A stretch of DNA of 64,000 nt from an uncultured virus (IMG/VR IMGVR_UViG_3300032053_000012) (taxonomy: Duplodnaviria; Heunggongvirae; Uroviricota; Caudoviricetes). The stretch is taken from IMG/VR virus record IMGVR_UViG_3300032053_000012. One strand, written 5' to 3'. Position numbers and translations under genes: made by a program. Shown one piece after another: positions 18,080-27,115 of the stretch; the first letter of the stretch is position 1; every line of letters starts with the position of its first letter. A model generated the notes under the pieces. That model was not told where the DNA came from. It made no database searches and saw nothing but the letters and a program-made list of their open reading frames with translations.

Positions 18080-18418
18080 GGGGATGACAGGTTTCGACGG
18101 AGGAGGGAAGTCGGCGTCCGCGTGCAAGGGAGTCTGTCCCTCCAACAGGCCGTAAGAACCGCGAACGATAACGCGACCGCACCGCTCGCCCTCACGGGCT
18201 GACGTGCCGATCCCCGGCAAGGCGCCTCAGTAGCCGGACGATCGTCGACCACGGGGGCTGCGACCACCCCGGCGCGTCCTCGATGGGTGTGGCGAGACGC
18301 GCAGGGACGGACGGCTCGGAGAGACGAGCGAACCCCGTCCCGAGGGTCAGAGGTGACTACGCACGTAGACGACGCCGAGTGATCTCTTCCGGACCCGATT
18401 TCGATATCGGCATCTCCA
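18080..18418 (+). ncRNA. ssrA: tmRNA (one-piece), tag peptide ANDNATAPLALTG*
   Basis: 5' GGGGATGACAGGTTTCGACGG. The acceptor stem GGGGATG/CATCTCC has G3:U plus discriminator A. Helix 2 pairs cgtgc/gcacg, tcggcgtc/gacgccga and ggaggag/ctcttcc. T-arm ccgat-ttcgat-atcgg. Tag frame 18161-18202. TAGGAT -10-like box at 18061. CCA is not fully encoded. Confidence 0.93.
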
Positions 18419-18521
18419 CAATGCCCAGCGCGTACGCGTTGTCGGCCGGGGCCACCAGCGGCGGGCGATCTGGTGGCGGCGTGAGGCGCGGAGGTACAAG
18501 CGGCGCGCGAGGTACAGAGCG

Positions 18522-18731
18522 GTGACGACCGACGACCACGACTGCGTGCACCACGACCACCGGATGCGGTGCATCGGCTGTGGCCGGTGGATGCGCTATC
18601 ACCCGACGACCGCGTCGCCGGCCAGGCGCCGACCCCCGCCGAACGCGGCGCGCTGCGTCGACTGCGAACCGCTGCACCGCCTGCACCGCCTGAAATACCT
18701 TAGGTCAACACCGACCACGCGCGTCCCGTGA
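18522..18731 (+). CDS. small zinc-finger protein
   Basis: CIGCG...CVDC. Confidence 0.5.
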   Translation: MTTDDHDCVHHDHRMRCIGCGRWMRYHPTTASPARRRPPPNAARCVDCEPLHRLHRLKYLRSTPTTRVP

Positions 18732-19099
18732 CACCGGCGCGGGCTCGGCCTACGCTGTCGCTGATGCCCGAGTGCTTCCGCTGCGGGGACAGGACGACGT
18801 CGAGCGTCGACGCGATGCTCTGCTGCGTGCTCTCCCCCGCGCCGCGCCCGGACGGCGCCTGCGCGTGGTGCGGCGAGGATCTGCCGAGCAGTGCTCGCAC
18901 CCCTAAGCGCATCGCCAAGACGGTCCAGCGCCGCGTCTTCTGCGGCAAGCGATGCTCGCAGGAGTACCAGGACGACGTGAGCGACGGCGCGCTGTCGCCC
19001 TTCCAGGGGTCGAGCGGGGGCGAGGTGGTCCCCTCGACCCAGTACGACGGCCAGGGGTGGAACAACTCCATGTCGCACATGGCGTCGAGGTCGCTGTGA
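18728..19099 (+). CDS. zinc-finger protein
   Basis: CFRCG..CC; CAWCG...FCGKRC. Confidence 0.6.
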   Translation: MTPARARPTLSLMPECFRCGDRTTSSVDAMLCCVLSPAPRPDGACAWCGEDLPSSARTPKRIAKTVQRRVFCGKRCSQEYQDDVSDGALSPFQGSSGGEVVPSTQYDGQGWNNSMSHMASRSL

Positions 19100-19857
19100 A
19101 TCGCGCGAGCCGCGCGGGCCATGCGACTGCTGGTCGACGCCCACCGCTCGTGCTCGAGATGAACGCGTCCTCGCTTGAGGACTGGTACCCGGGCCAGCCG
19201 GCCGAGGCGTGGCGCGAGATCGAGGTGGTCGAGCGCTACTACTTCGACAACGTGCCGCGTCTGAGCGTTCGGATCCTGGAGGGACCGGAGAGGGGCCGCG
19301 TCGTCTCCGGCCTGAGCCCCGGGAACGTGCGGGAGAGAGCGACGAGGACAAGGGGGAGGCGAGCCGCAAACGCCGCCGCCGCGCTCGACTCCGCGGCCCG
19401 CGCGACGCGCGCGCCCGAGCTCGACGCCGCCGAGCTTCGCCGCTGCCTCGCGCGCGACGGGCTGCCGGCCGACGAGACCTTCCACGGTCGCGACCCCTAC
19501 GTGGGTGTGGTCGAGGTCGGCGACAGGAGCGGCAGCGGCGGCGGCGGCAGCGAGGCGGTCGGCGGTCGCTACTTCCCCGCGCGCAACGCCCTGCTCGTCT
19601 ACCGGCACGTCGACCCCGAGGTCACGCGCGCGACGGTCGTCCACGAGCTCGCCCACCACCGCTCCTACCAGGAGGAGTGCGGCGGGACCGAGCGGAGCAA
19701 CCGGACGCGCTGCCGATACCGCGGCGAGCACGACCCCGAGTTCTACGCGCGCCTCGAGCCGATGTACCGGGAGGCGCGCGTGCCCGTCTACGCCGCGCGC
19801 GCGGTGGAGGGGGACTACGACTACCCGGCGAGGTGGCGTAGGATCGAGCGATGGTGA
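19096..19857 (+). CDS. putative zincin metallopeptidase (HExxH)
   Basis: GGRYF...RATVVHELAHH...GEHDPEFY. Confidence 0.65.
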   Translation: MNRASRAGHATAGRRPPLVLEMNASSLEDWYPGQPAEAWREIEVVERYYFDNVPRLSVRILEGPERGRVVSGLSPGNVRERATRTRGRRAANAAAALDSAARATRAPELDAAELRRCLARDGLPADETFHGRDPYVGVVEVGDRSGSGGGGSEAVGGRYFPARNALLVYRHVDPEVTRATVVHELAHHRSYQEECGGTERSNRTRCRYRGEHDPEFYARLEPMYREARVPVYAARAVEGDYDYPARWRRIERW

Positions 19858-20867
19858 CGAGCGCGGCGAACGGGACGCGCGTCCTGCTCCTGCAGGTCGA
19901 CGGGAAGCTGCCGAACGTCGCGCTCATGCGGATCGCCGCGCACCACCGCGCGCTGGACGACTCGGTCGAGCTCAGGCGCACGCCGACCGTCGGATCGATC
20001 CACCGCGACCTCTTCGACCGGCACGACCGCGTCTACGCGTCGGCCATCTTCGAGCGCTCGCGACCCGTCGCGGATCGGATCCGCGAGGTCTACCCGGGCG
20101 CCGTGGTCGGCGGCACCGGCGTCGACCTCGCGACCACGCTCGAGGGGGTCGGGGTCACCACGCTCGACCAGGACTACTCGGTCTACCCTGGCTTCTCCGC
20201 GTCGATCGGCTTCACGCAGCGCGGCTGCCGCCTGCGCTGTCCGTTCTGCGTCGTGCCCGCGAAGGAGGGCGCGGTGCGCGAGGAGCAGACGATCGCGAGC
20301 CTCTGGCGCGGCGACCCGCACCCGCGGCACCTGCACCTGCTCGACAACGACTTCTTCGGCCAGCCGCGCTGGCGGGAGCGCGTCGCGGAGATCCGCGACG
20401 GAGGGTTCCGCGTGTGCTTCTCGCAGGGGATCAACGCGCGCGTGATCGACGAGGAGGTCGCCGCCGCGGTCGCGTCGGTCGACTACCGGGACGACTCCTT
20501 CAAGGTGCGGCGGGTCTACACCGCGTGGGACTCGGCGAGGGACGAGGCGCGGCTGTTCCGCGGCCTCGACCTGCTCGTGGCGGCCGGCGTGAAGCCGGAC
20601 CACGTCATGGTCTACATGCTGGTCGGCTACTGGGCGGGCGAGACCGCGACCGACCGCGAGCACCGGCGCGCGCGGCTGCGCGACTTCGGCGCGCGGCCCT
20701 ACCCGATGCCGTACAAGCGGTCGCCCGAGCTGCTGGCGTTCCAGCGCTGGGTCGTCGGCGCGTACGACAAGACGATCCCGTGGGCGCGGTGGATGAGCGC
20801 GCGGGGCCAGCCGCAGAACCTCACGTCCGCGAGACAGCTACCGCTGCTTCAAGAGGAGGCGTCGTGA
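19851..20867 (+). CDS. radical SAM protein (phage type)
   Basis: LLQVDGKLPNVALM...FTQRGCRLRCPFCVVPAKEG (CxxxCxxC)...LLDNDF...QGINAR...YMLVG..PYPMPY. Confidence 0.9.
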   Translation: MVTSAANGTRVLLLQVDGKLPNVALMRIAAHHRALDDSVELRRTPTVGSIHRDLFDRHDRVYASAIFERSRPVADRIREVYPGAVVGGTGVDLATTLEGVGVTTLDQDYSVYPGFSASIGFTQRGCRLRCPFCVVPAKEGAVREEQTIASLWRGDPHPRHLHLLDNDFFGQPRWRERVAEIRDGGFRVCFSQGINARVIDEEVAAAVASVDYRDDSFKVRRVYTAWDSARDEARLFRGLDLLVAAGVKPDHVMVYMLVGYWAGETATDREHRRARLRDFGARPYPMPYKRSPELLAFQRWVVGAYDKTIPWARWMSARGQPQNLTSARQLPLLQEEAS

Positions 20868-21640
20868 CGTCGAAGCACAAGTACACCGATGTGGAGACCC
20901 TGTTCCGGAGAGCCAGGGCGAGCGGCGTCAAGCCGACGCTCGCGGCCCTGCGCCGGGCGACGGGTCGAGCGTGGGAGCTCAACTCGTTCTCGGGCGTCGA
21001 GCGCGGCGGCGCCATCGGGATCGTCTTCAGCGAGAAGGAAGACCCCGCCACGCGCGGAGTCGGCGTGTCCGCGCACGTGACCGTCGCCCGCGACCAGGAC
21101 GAGAACGTCCACGGCGAGTGGCGGATCCAAGCCTGGGACGTCCGTGCCCAGGACTACAGGAACATCGCGCACGGGAGACTGCTCGGTCTGACAGAGGCCG
21201 ACTTCTCCAATTTTTCCCGGGTGCTACTCCCGATGGTGGACGCCGTCGAGAAGGTCGTGGGGAAGTCGCGCCGAGGGGTCGGCGTCACGTACGCCCTGAC
21301 GGCCCTCATGCCGTCCGTCCTCAAGTACCAGAGGTTCCTCGAGACCAAGACCGGGGTCGGCTGGAGGCACCCGGTGGACGGCGTCTACGCGCCGGAGGAG
21401 GACATGCGCACGATCCACTTCTTCCCGAGGCAGAAGAAGCCAGGGTGGGGGCCGATCGTCGTCTCCCTGACGTACGAACCGCGGCACGGCTACTCCTTCT
21501 CCTGGATCGTGACGCACGGCTCCGAGGTGGTCACGGATATGTTCCGCGGCATCGACCCGGACGACGCGGGCGACCCGAGCCGGTGGTTCGACAAGCTCAC
21601 GGCGAACCGCAACCGCGCGCGCTCCAGACGAGGTAGGTGA
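20864..21640 (+). CDS. hypothetical two-domain protein
   Basis: GAGGAGG RBS; ends NRNRARSRRGR. Confidence 0.7.
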   Translation: MTSKHKYTDVETLFRRARASGVKPTLAALRRATGRAWELNSFSGVERGGAIGIVFSEKEDPATRGVGVSAHVTVARDQDENVHGEWRIQAWDVRAQDYRNIAHGRLLGLTEADFSNFSRVLLPMVDAVEKVVGKSRRGVGVTYALTALMPSVLKYQRFLETKTGVGWRHPVDGVYAPEEDMRTIHFFPRQKKPGWGPIVVSLTYEPRHGYSFSWIVTHGSEVVTDMFRGIDPDDAGDPSRWFDKLTANRNRARSRRGR

Positions 21641-21643
21641 TCC

Positions 21644-22753
21644 GTGGACGAGAGCGGCGGCGGCGGCGCGAACGGCGCGAACGGTCACGCCCGGACCAGG
21701 CTCAGCGAGGCGGACTTCGCCTCGGCCGTCGAGGGCTACGCGCGCACGCGCGCGGGTGACGCTGGTGGTAACGTGATCCCGGGCGTGGGCGCGACAGACC
21801 CGACCGAGCGCGCCCCCGCGCCCGCGGCGCCGGCCGCCGCCCCGGTCGCCGCGCTCGACCTCCAGGCCGCGACGGTGCCGGAACCGCCTCCGCCCGTCGC
21901 GGTCCCGCGCGAGGCGTCGCGCCGCGTGAGGCTGCGCCTCGACCAGGTGCTCGTGCTGGCGAGGGACAACGTCTCGCGCGGCGGCATGGAGTGGGGCGGG
22001 CGGCACCGCGAGGTGCGCGAGCTCGCGGGCACGATCGCCGCGACCGGCCGACTCCTCGAGCCGCCCTGCGTGCGACCGCTCCCCGCGCCGCTGCCGAGGG
22101 CGCCAGAGGACGGCGGCGGGTTCTACACGCACCGGCTCGTCTTCGGCTTCAAGCGCGTGGCCGCGCTGTGGCTGCTCGGCTGGGAGGACTGCGACTTCGA
22201 GGAACGGGACCTCGACGACGAGGCGGCGTTCGAGGCGTGCCTGGCCGAGAACATCGTGCGGAGCGACCCGACCGACTACGAACTGGCCCTCGCGCTGGCC
22301 GAGGCAGAGGGGCGCTACGGCCTGCCCCTCGCTGAGCTCTCGCGCAAGACGGGTATCCGGGTCGACCGGGCCGAGTCGCTGCTGCGGATCGCGCGGCGCT
22401 GCCCGCAGGCGCTCCTCGAGATATGGCGGGCGAGCCCGACCCCGCGGGTGCGCGGCGACCTCGACCGGGTCTCGCAGGTGGTGGGGCGCGACGAGCGCGA
22501 GACGCACCGGAAGATGCTCGACGAGTGGGCGAGGCTGCGCGGCGACGACGGCGCCCGGCCGCCGCGATCGAAGAAGACGCGACCGCCTCGCACGTGCTAC
22601 GCGGACGTGCTGCGCGTCGACCTCGATCGGTCGGGCGAGTGGTACGACGCGACCTCGGAGACGTGGCGCCCGATCCCCGACGAGGCGCGCGAGTTCGCCC
22701 ACGCGCTGCTGCGGCACATGGCGTCGCCGAAGACCAGGAAGCCGATGCGATGA
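21644..22753 (+). CDS. ParB/Spo0J-like protein
   Basis: VRELAGTI...LLEP...RLVFGFKRVAALWLLGW...LAENIVRSD..DYELA followed by an HTH-like segment. Confidence 0.8.
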   Translation: MDESGGGGANGANGHARTRLSEADFASAVEGYARTRAGDAGGNVIPGVGATDPTERAPAPAAPAAAPVAALDLQAATVPEPPPPVAVPREASRRVRLRLDQVLVLARDNVSRGGMEWGGRHREVRELAGTIAATGRLLEPPCVRPLPAPLPRAPEDGGGFYTHRLVFGFKRVAALWLLGWEDCDFEERDLDDEAAFEACLAENIVRSDPTDYELALALAEAEGRYGLPLAELSRKTGIRVDRAESLLRIARRCPQALLEIWRASPTPRVRGDLDRVSQVVGRDERETHRKMLDEWARLRGDDGARPPRSKKTRPPRTCYADVLRVDLDRSGEWYDATSETWRPIPDEAREFAHALLRHMASPKTRKPMR

Positions 22754-22855
22754 CGGACGATGGGGTGACGGTGACGTGACCGCGGAGACGCGGTAGGATA
22801 CGACGGCGGCGGGGTCACGGCTGCCGAGGTCTCAACGAACGAAGGAGCGCGGTCC

Positions 22856-23869
22856 ATGCCGAAGGTCGACAGGAACAAGTCAGCCGCCTCCGCGTGGACC
22901 GACGTGAAACTCGCGGAGACCCGTGCGCGACGCGGAGGCAGGTTCGACGGGAGACGCGAGCTCGGGCTGGCACTGCTGCGGGGCGGCTTCGTCCGCGACC
23001 CGCGCGCGCGCGAGGCGTACAGCCTGCCCGGCCAGGAGGGCGACAAGCGCGTCGACCTCGGCGGCGACCGCAGCAAGAGCGCGCGGTTCGAGGAGAAGTT
23101 CCAGGACGCGTGGCGCGGTCGCTCCGACACGATCTACTTCGGCTACATACGGAGCGCGGCCGACGCGGAGGGCTGGGCGCGCCACCTCCACGGCCTCGCG
23201 ACGGGGCGGCACGTGCCGCACCCGCCCATCCCGAAGAAGGCACCGCCGAAGCCGGAGACGGTCGCGCGCAGGGCGGAGACGGCCGTGCGCAAGGAGAGCG
23301 CGCGCGAGAGCCAGCACGGGCGCGGCTTCTACGTCGTGAACTCGACGACGGCTGGGATTCGGATTCGCCCTTCGTCGTCGGTATCGCGATTGGAGCCGGG
23401 CGACCTCTACTCGCCGCTCGCGGCGAACCACGGGCCGTTCGCGACGCTCGACGAGGCGCTCCCGGTCGCGTGGCGGCAGTTCCAGGACTACCTGCAGCAG
23501 CGGTTCACGTACCTGCTGCCGGTGCAGGTGGTCGAGGCGAGGAGCCGCGAGGCGGCCGAGCGCGGCGAGGGGTACGTGTGGTGGACGGACGGCAAGGCGC
23601 GCGGCGCGCCCGTGCCGAAGGAACAGGCGAGCCTCGGGTTCGCGGGGCGGTCGCACCTGCTCCACACGTTCGGCGACCTCCCGGTCGGCGCGACCTTCTG
23701 GTTCGACGCGAAGCGTACGACCGTGCGCGGCGCGACGTACGGGCAGAGGCGCGGCCCCTACGTGAAGGTCGACGACCGCAGGTACCGCGACCTCGAGGAC
23801 GTCGCGGGGAGGTTCCTCTACGAGCAGACCCGGCGCGACGCGCGTGTGAGCGGCATGCCGCCGCCGTGA
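22856..23869 (+). CDS. modular hypothetical protein
   Basis: AAGGAG RBS; 337 aa; TAGGAT at 22794 upstream. Confidence 0.7.
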   Translation: MPKVDRNKSAASAWTDVKLAETRARRGGRFDGRRELGLALLRGGFVRDPRAREAYSLPGQEGDKRVDLGGDRSKSARFEEKFQDAWRGRSDTIYFGYIRSAADAEGWARHLHGLATGRHVPHPPIPKKAPPKPETVARRAETAVRKESARESQHGRGFYVVNSTTAGIRIRPSSSVSRLEPGDLYSPLAANHGPFATLDEALPVAWRQFQDYLQQRFTYLLPVQVVEARSREAAERGEGYVWWTDGKARGAPVPKEQASLGFAGRSHLLHTFGDLPVGATFWFDAKRTTVRGATYGQRRGPYVKVDDRRYRDLEDVAGRFLYEQTRRDARVSGMPPP

Positions 23870-23928
23870 CGAGGGCGACGGCGAGAACGACGACGAGCAC
23901 GACGACGAGCACCGCGAGGAGGACGTGA

Positions 23929-24534
23929 ATGGCGACGACGACGAGCAAGTTGAGCAAGCGGCAGGCTGGTGCGAGTGCTCGCTTGAGAACGTACAACCGG
24001 CTGCGGCGCGTCGAGGCGCGCATGGACGACGTCTTCTCGACGGCGCGACAGTTCATGCGACCGCACGAGTCGATCCTCGCCGAGCTGACGCGGCAGGTCT
24101 ACGACACGCCCGACTTCAAGAAGCTCCGCGGGATCGACCAGAGTTACCTGTCCGGCAAGTCGAAGGCGCTCATGGACGCCTTCTACCGGTACGAGCTCGA
24201 GTGGCGCGTCTCGCTCGAGGGGAGGCTCATGCCCGGCTCCGAGGTCCCGACCGGTCGCTGGTCCGAGGTCGAGGCCGAGGCGGGGAGGCACGTCTACAAG
24301 CGCGACCCGGCGAGGCACTTCGCTGGGAAGGGCAGGAGTGCGCGCGCGATCGACTTCCGCGTGGGCGACCACGTCGTCGTCATGGGCGGCCCTGGCAGGG
24401 GACTCCACGGGGTCGTCACCTACGTCGGCTCGGGGCCGCGCGGCGACATGGTCTCGGTCGACCTCGACCACCCGGTGCACCGCATGACGGGTCCCGCGAT
24501 CCTGCACCCGCGCGACCTGCGGAGGACGCCGTGA
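23929..24534 (+). CDS. hypothetical protein with a C-terminal SH3/KOW-like domain
   Basis: FRVGDHVVV.GGP..GLHGVVTYV...VSVDLD. Confidence 0.65.
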   Translation: MATTTSKLSKRQAGASARLRTYNRLRRVEARMDDVFSTARQFMRPHESILAELTRQVYDTPDFKKLRGIDQSYLSGKSKALMDAFYRYELEWRVSLEGRLMPGSEVPTGRWSEVEAEAGRHVYKRDPARHFAGKGRSARAIDFRVGDHVVVMGGPGRGLHGVVTYVGSGPRGDMVSVDLDHPVHRMTGPAILHPRDLRRTP

Positions 24535-25097
24535 GCGCTGCGGACGAGCCGCGCCGCGAGCCGCAGTCGACCGACCAGGACGTGATCGACGTCGAGGCCG
24601 TCGTGGTCGAGGACGCGACCGCGCCGGCTGTCCCACGTGCCCCGCGCGCGCAGGCCGCGCCCAGAGCGCCCGGCGCGCAGGCCGCGCCCGCCGCGCAGGC
24701 CGTCCCCCGCTACGGACGCGGCGAGACCGCGCGATCCTCGGTCGAGGGGACCTCGCCCGCCCCCGCCTCGCCCGCCTCGCCCACCTCGCCCGTCTCGTCC
24801 TCCCTCTCCGCGCTCACGGGCGCGGCGGCCGACGCCCTCGACGCCGCCGTCCCGCCCCTCGACCGCCTGGGCTCGCCCCGCGCGGCCGAGGTCGCGCGCA
24901 CCGTCGCGGCGGTAGCTCGCGCGGCCCCCGCCGCGGTCGAGGCCGTCCGGCGCGAGACCCTGCCGCTGCGCTCCGCGCTCCGGGACCTCGCGCGCGCGGC
25001 CGAGCGCGCGGGCGTCGCGCGGCTGCGCGAGCCGAGGGTCTTCGCGGGCGGGCGGCGCCCCGTGACGTTCGGCGGGAAGGGCGGCGGCGCCAAGTGA
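24531..25097 (+). CDS. Ala/Pro-rich hypothetical protein
   Basis: GTGA coupling. Confidence 0.55.
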   Translation: MSAADEPRREPQSTDQDVIDVEAVVVEDATAPAVPRAPRAQAAPRAPGAQAAPAAQAVPRYGRGETARSSVEGTSPAPASPASPTSPVSSSLSALTGAAADALDAAVPPLDRLGSPRAAEVARTVAAVARAAPAAVEAVRRETLPLRSALRDLARAAERAGVARLREPRVFAGGRRPVTFGGKGGGAK

Positions 25098-25429
25098 CCG
25101 CGAGCATGAGTCAAGATGACGGGTACGCGGCCGACCTGCCGCCTGGCACGCTCATCGGCCCGGACGGCCCGGACGCACGCGGATCCTTCCTGATCCTGCG
25201 CCCGCGCGTCGGCGTCGACGCCGACCTCGCCTCCTGGCTCGCCGAGGCCGACCTCGTCGGCCCGCGCGTCGCGCTCGAGGATCGCGCGGGCGAGCTCGAC
25301 CGCGACCCGCGCCTCGCCTCCACCATGCTCGAGCGGTCGCTCCGCGTCGCGCTGCGCCGGGTCGACCCGTTCGACCCCTGCGACTGGCTCGTCGTCGTCG
25401 GCGGCGAGCTCGTCGCGGGGCCGCGGTGA
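25094..25429 (+). CDS. hypothetical protein
   Basis: Coupled ORF. Confidence 0.55.
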   Translation: MTASMSQDDGYAADLPPGTLIGPDGPDARGSFLILRPRVGVDADLASWLAEADLVGPRVALEDRAGELDRDPRLASTMLERSLRVALRRVDPFDPCDWLVVVGGELVAGPR

Positions 25430-25998
25430 TCGACGTGTTCGGGGTCAGCGCCGCGGTCGAGGGCCTGGCCTTCCTCGACCGGCTCGCGAGCCGGCGCGGC
25501 ATGCACCTGCGCGCGCGCGAGCGCGCCAGGACGACGGGCAGGCCGCTCGTCGTGGTCGGCGCGCCGAGCGGCGGGTTCGTGCGCGGCCCCCTCGCGCAGT
25601 ACGCGTGCGGCGACCTGCCGTGCGTCGACCTCGGCGGCTGCGCGCTCTGCGGCGCCGCGCCGCGCGACCTCCGGCGCAGGGGCGCGATCCCCGTCAAGGA
25701 CGGCGGCGCGGTCGTGCTGGTCTCGCACGTGCTCGAGTACGTCGACGACCCGGAGGGCGCGCCCTACCAGGGCGCGGGGATCGACGCCGCGTGGCGCGAG
25801 GTGTCGCGCGCGTGCGGCTCGCCGTCGACCGACGCGTTCGTCGCGCACGTGCAGCCGTGGGCGCGCTGGGCGCGCGTGGTCTACCCGCAGCGGTGGGTGG
25901 TGCTCGAGGCGCCGCCCGCGGCCCCGACGCTGGTCTACCGGTCGGCCGGGCGGCCCCCGAGGGCGATGGCGGACGCGCGGGCAGAGGGAGTACGATAG
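25426..25998 (+). CDS. class I SAM-methyltransferase-like protein (divergent)
   Basis: LVVVGAP.GG...CVDL...IPVKDG.AVVLVSHVLEYVDD resembles the post-II 'SHVLEH' motif. Confidence 0.45.
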   Translation: MIDVFGVSAAVEGLAFLDRLASRRGMHLRARERARTTGRPLVVVGAPSGGFVRGPLAQYACGDLPCVDLGGCALCGAAPRDLRRRGAIPVKDGGAVVLVSHVLEYVDDPEGAPYQGAGIDAAWREVSRACGSPSTDAFVAHVQPWARWARVVYPQRWVVLEAPPAAPTLVYRSAGRPPRAMADARAEGVR

Positions 25999-26002
25999 GC
26001 GC

Positions 26003-26896
26003 ATGTTTACTACCAGGGCACCGGCCACGTTCAGTAGCGGGAGTAGCGACAATGCGCGGCGCGACTCTCGCTCTGCTCCGCGCGTCGCGGTAGGCGGCGT
26101 CGCCCCAGCGAGGCACGCCTGCGTCGCGTGCGGCGGCGCCATCCCCGACGCGCACGGCCGGTTCATCACGCTCGCGGGGGGTCACGTCCACCAGGGCTGC
26201 AAGGGCGTCCGCGTCGGGATCGAGACGCCGACCGTCGTGTCGAAGGTCGACCTGATGAAGTACCTCCGAGAACTCGAACCCTACGTCGAACGGATGAACG
26301 CGGACATCAAGGAGAAGACCTACAACCTCACCTCCGAGCCGATGGCGAAGCTGATCAGCAAACTGCGCAAGGACGGCGCGACGGAGGAGGAGATTCACCA
26401 GGAGACCATGCTGGTCCAGCGGTGGAAGGGTTGGGGCTTCCTCGGCGAGGACGGCGAGCCCGAGCATCCCGGCTACTACCGCACGTGGCTCAAGAACAAG
26501 GAGCAGATCGAGGAGGGCATCATCGACGCGGTCTACCCTTGGTACGCGCCGCTGTTCCTCCCTGCGGCTCCGATCATCTTCGGGGCGAGCGTGGTCGGCG
26601 CCGACCGCCGTAAGACCGAGTGGAACAACCTGCGCGACGGGCACAAGCAGCTCGACGAGATCCGCAGGCAGCTAGTGGACCTCGGCTACACGCCGTCGGA
26701 CAAAAAACTGCCCGACCTGCCGGGCACGGTCGGCGCGCTGGGGATCGGTCCGCTCGGCGACGACCCTGGGAAGGGGAAAGCAAAGTCTTGGTACGAGTCG
26801 CTGCCGATCGGCTGGATCGTGTTCGGCTTTGTGCTGATCGCGGGCGCGATGGCCCTCGGTCAGGTCCGCGGCCTCGCCGGCAAGGCGGCGGCGTGA
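26003..26896 (+). CDS. C-terminally membrane-anchored protein
   Basis: C-terminal IGWIVFGFVLIAGAMALG. Confidence 0.7.
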   Translation: MFTTRAPATFSSGSSDNARRDSRSAPRVAVGGVAPARHACVACGGAIPDAHGRFITLAGGHVHQGCKGVRVGIETPTVVSKVDLMKYLRELEPYVERMNADIKEKTYNLTSEPMAKLISKLRKDGATEEEIHQETMLVQRWKGWGFLGEDGEPEHPGYYRTWLKNKEQIEEGIIDAVYPWYAPLFLPAAPIIFGASVVGADRRKTEWNNLRDGHKQLDEIRRQLVDLGYTPSDKKLPDLPGTVGALGIGPLGDDPGKGKAKSWYESLPIGWIVFGFVLIAGAMALGQVRGLAGKAAA

Positions 26897-27111
26897 GCGC
26901 GCTCCTCTCGACCCGGGCGCCCAGGTCGCTCGCGGCAGTGCCTGCAGCACCGCGCCGCGCGGCGCCTCGCGTCTCGGTCAGCTCGGTCGGATCGGTCAGT
27001 CCGCGCGTCGGCGCAGCGGTCACCGTCACGAAGGAGCAGGTCGGCACGGGCGTCACGGTGCTCATCCTCGGCTCGGCCCTCGCCGTCATGCTGTTCGCCG
27101 GGGCGTTCTAG
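26893..27111 (+). CDS. small C-terminally membrane-anchored protein
   Basis: MSALLSTRAP...GVTVLILGSALAVMLFAGAF. Confidence 0.6.
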   Translation: MSALLSTRAPRSLAAVPAAPRRAAPRVSVSSVGSVSPRVGAAVTVTKEQVGTGVTVLILGSALAVMLFAGAF

Positions 27112-27115
27112 GCCG

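Noticed and set aside
18037..18525. Short ORFs 18037..18267(-) and 18283..18525(+)
   Set aside because: They overlap the tmRNA, which explains the region better
19851..20867. Radical SAM as QueE partner of QueC
   Set aside because: Lacks the QueE N-terminal (F.S/TIQGEG) motif, has a long N-terminal domain and lies 40 kb away
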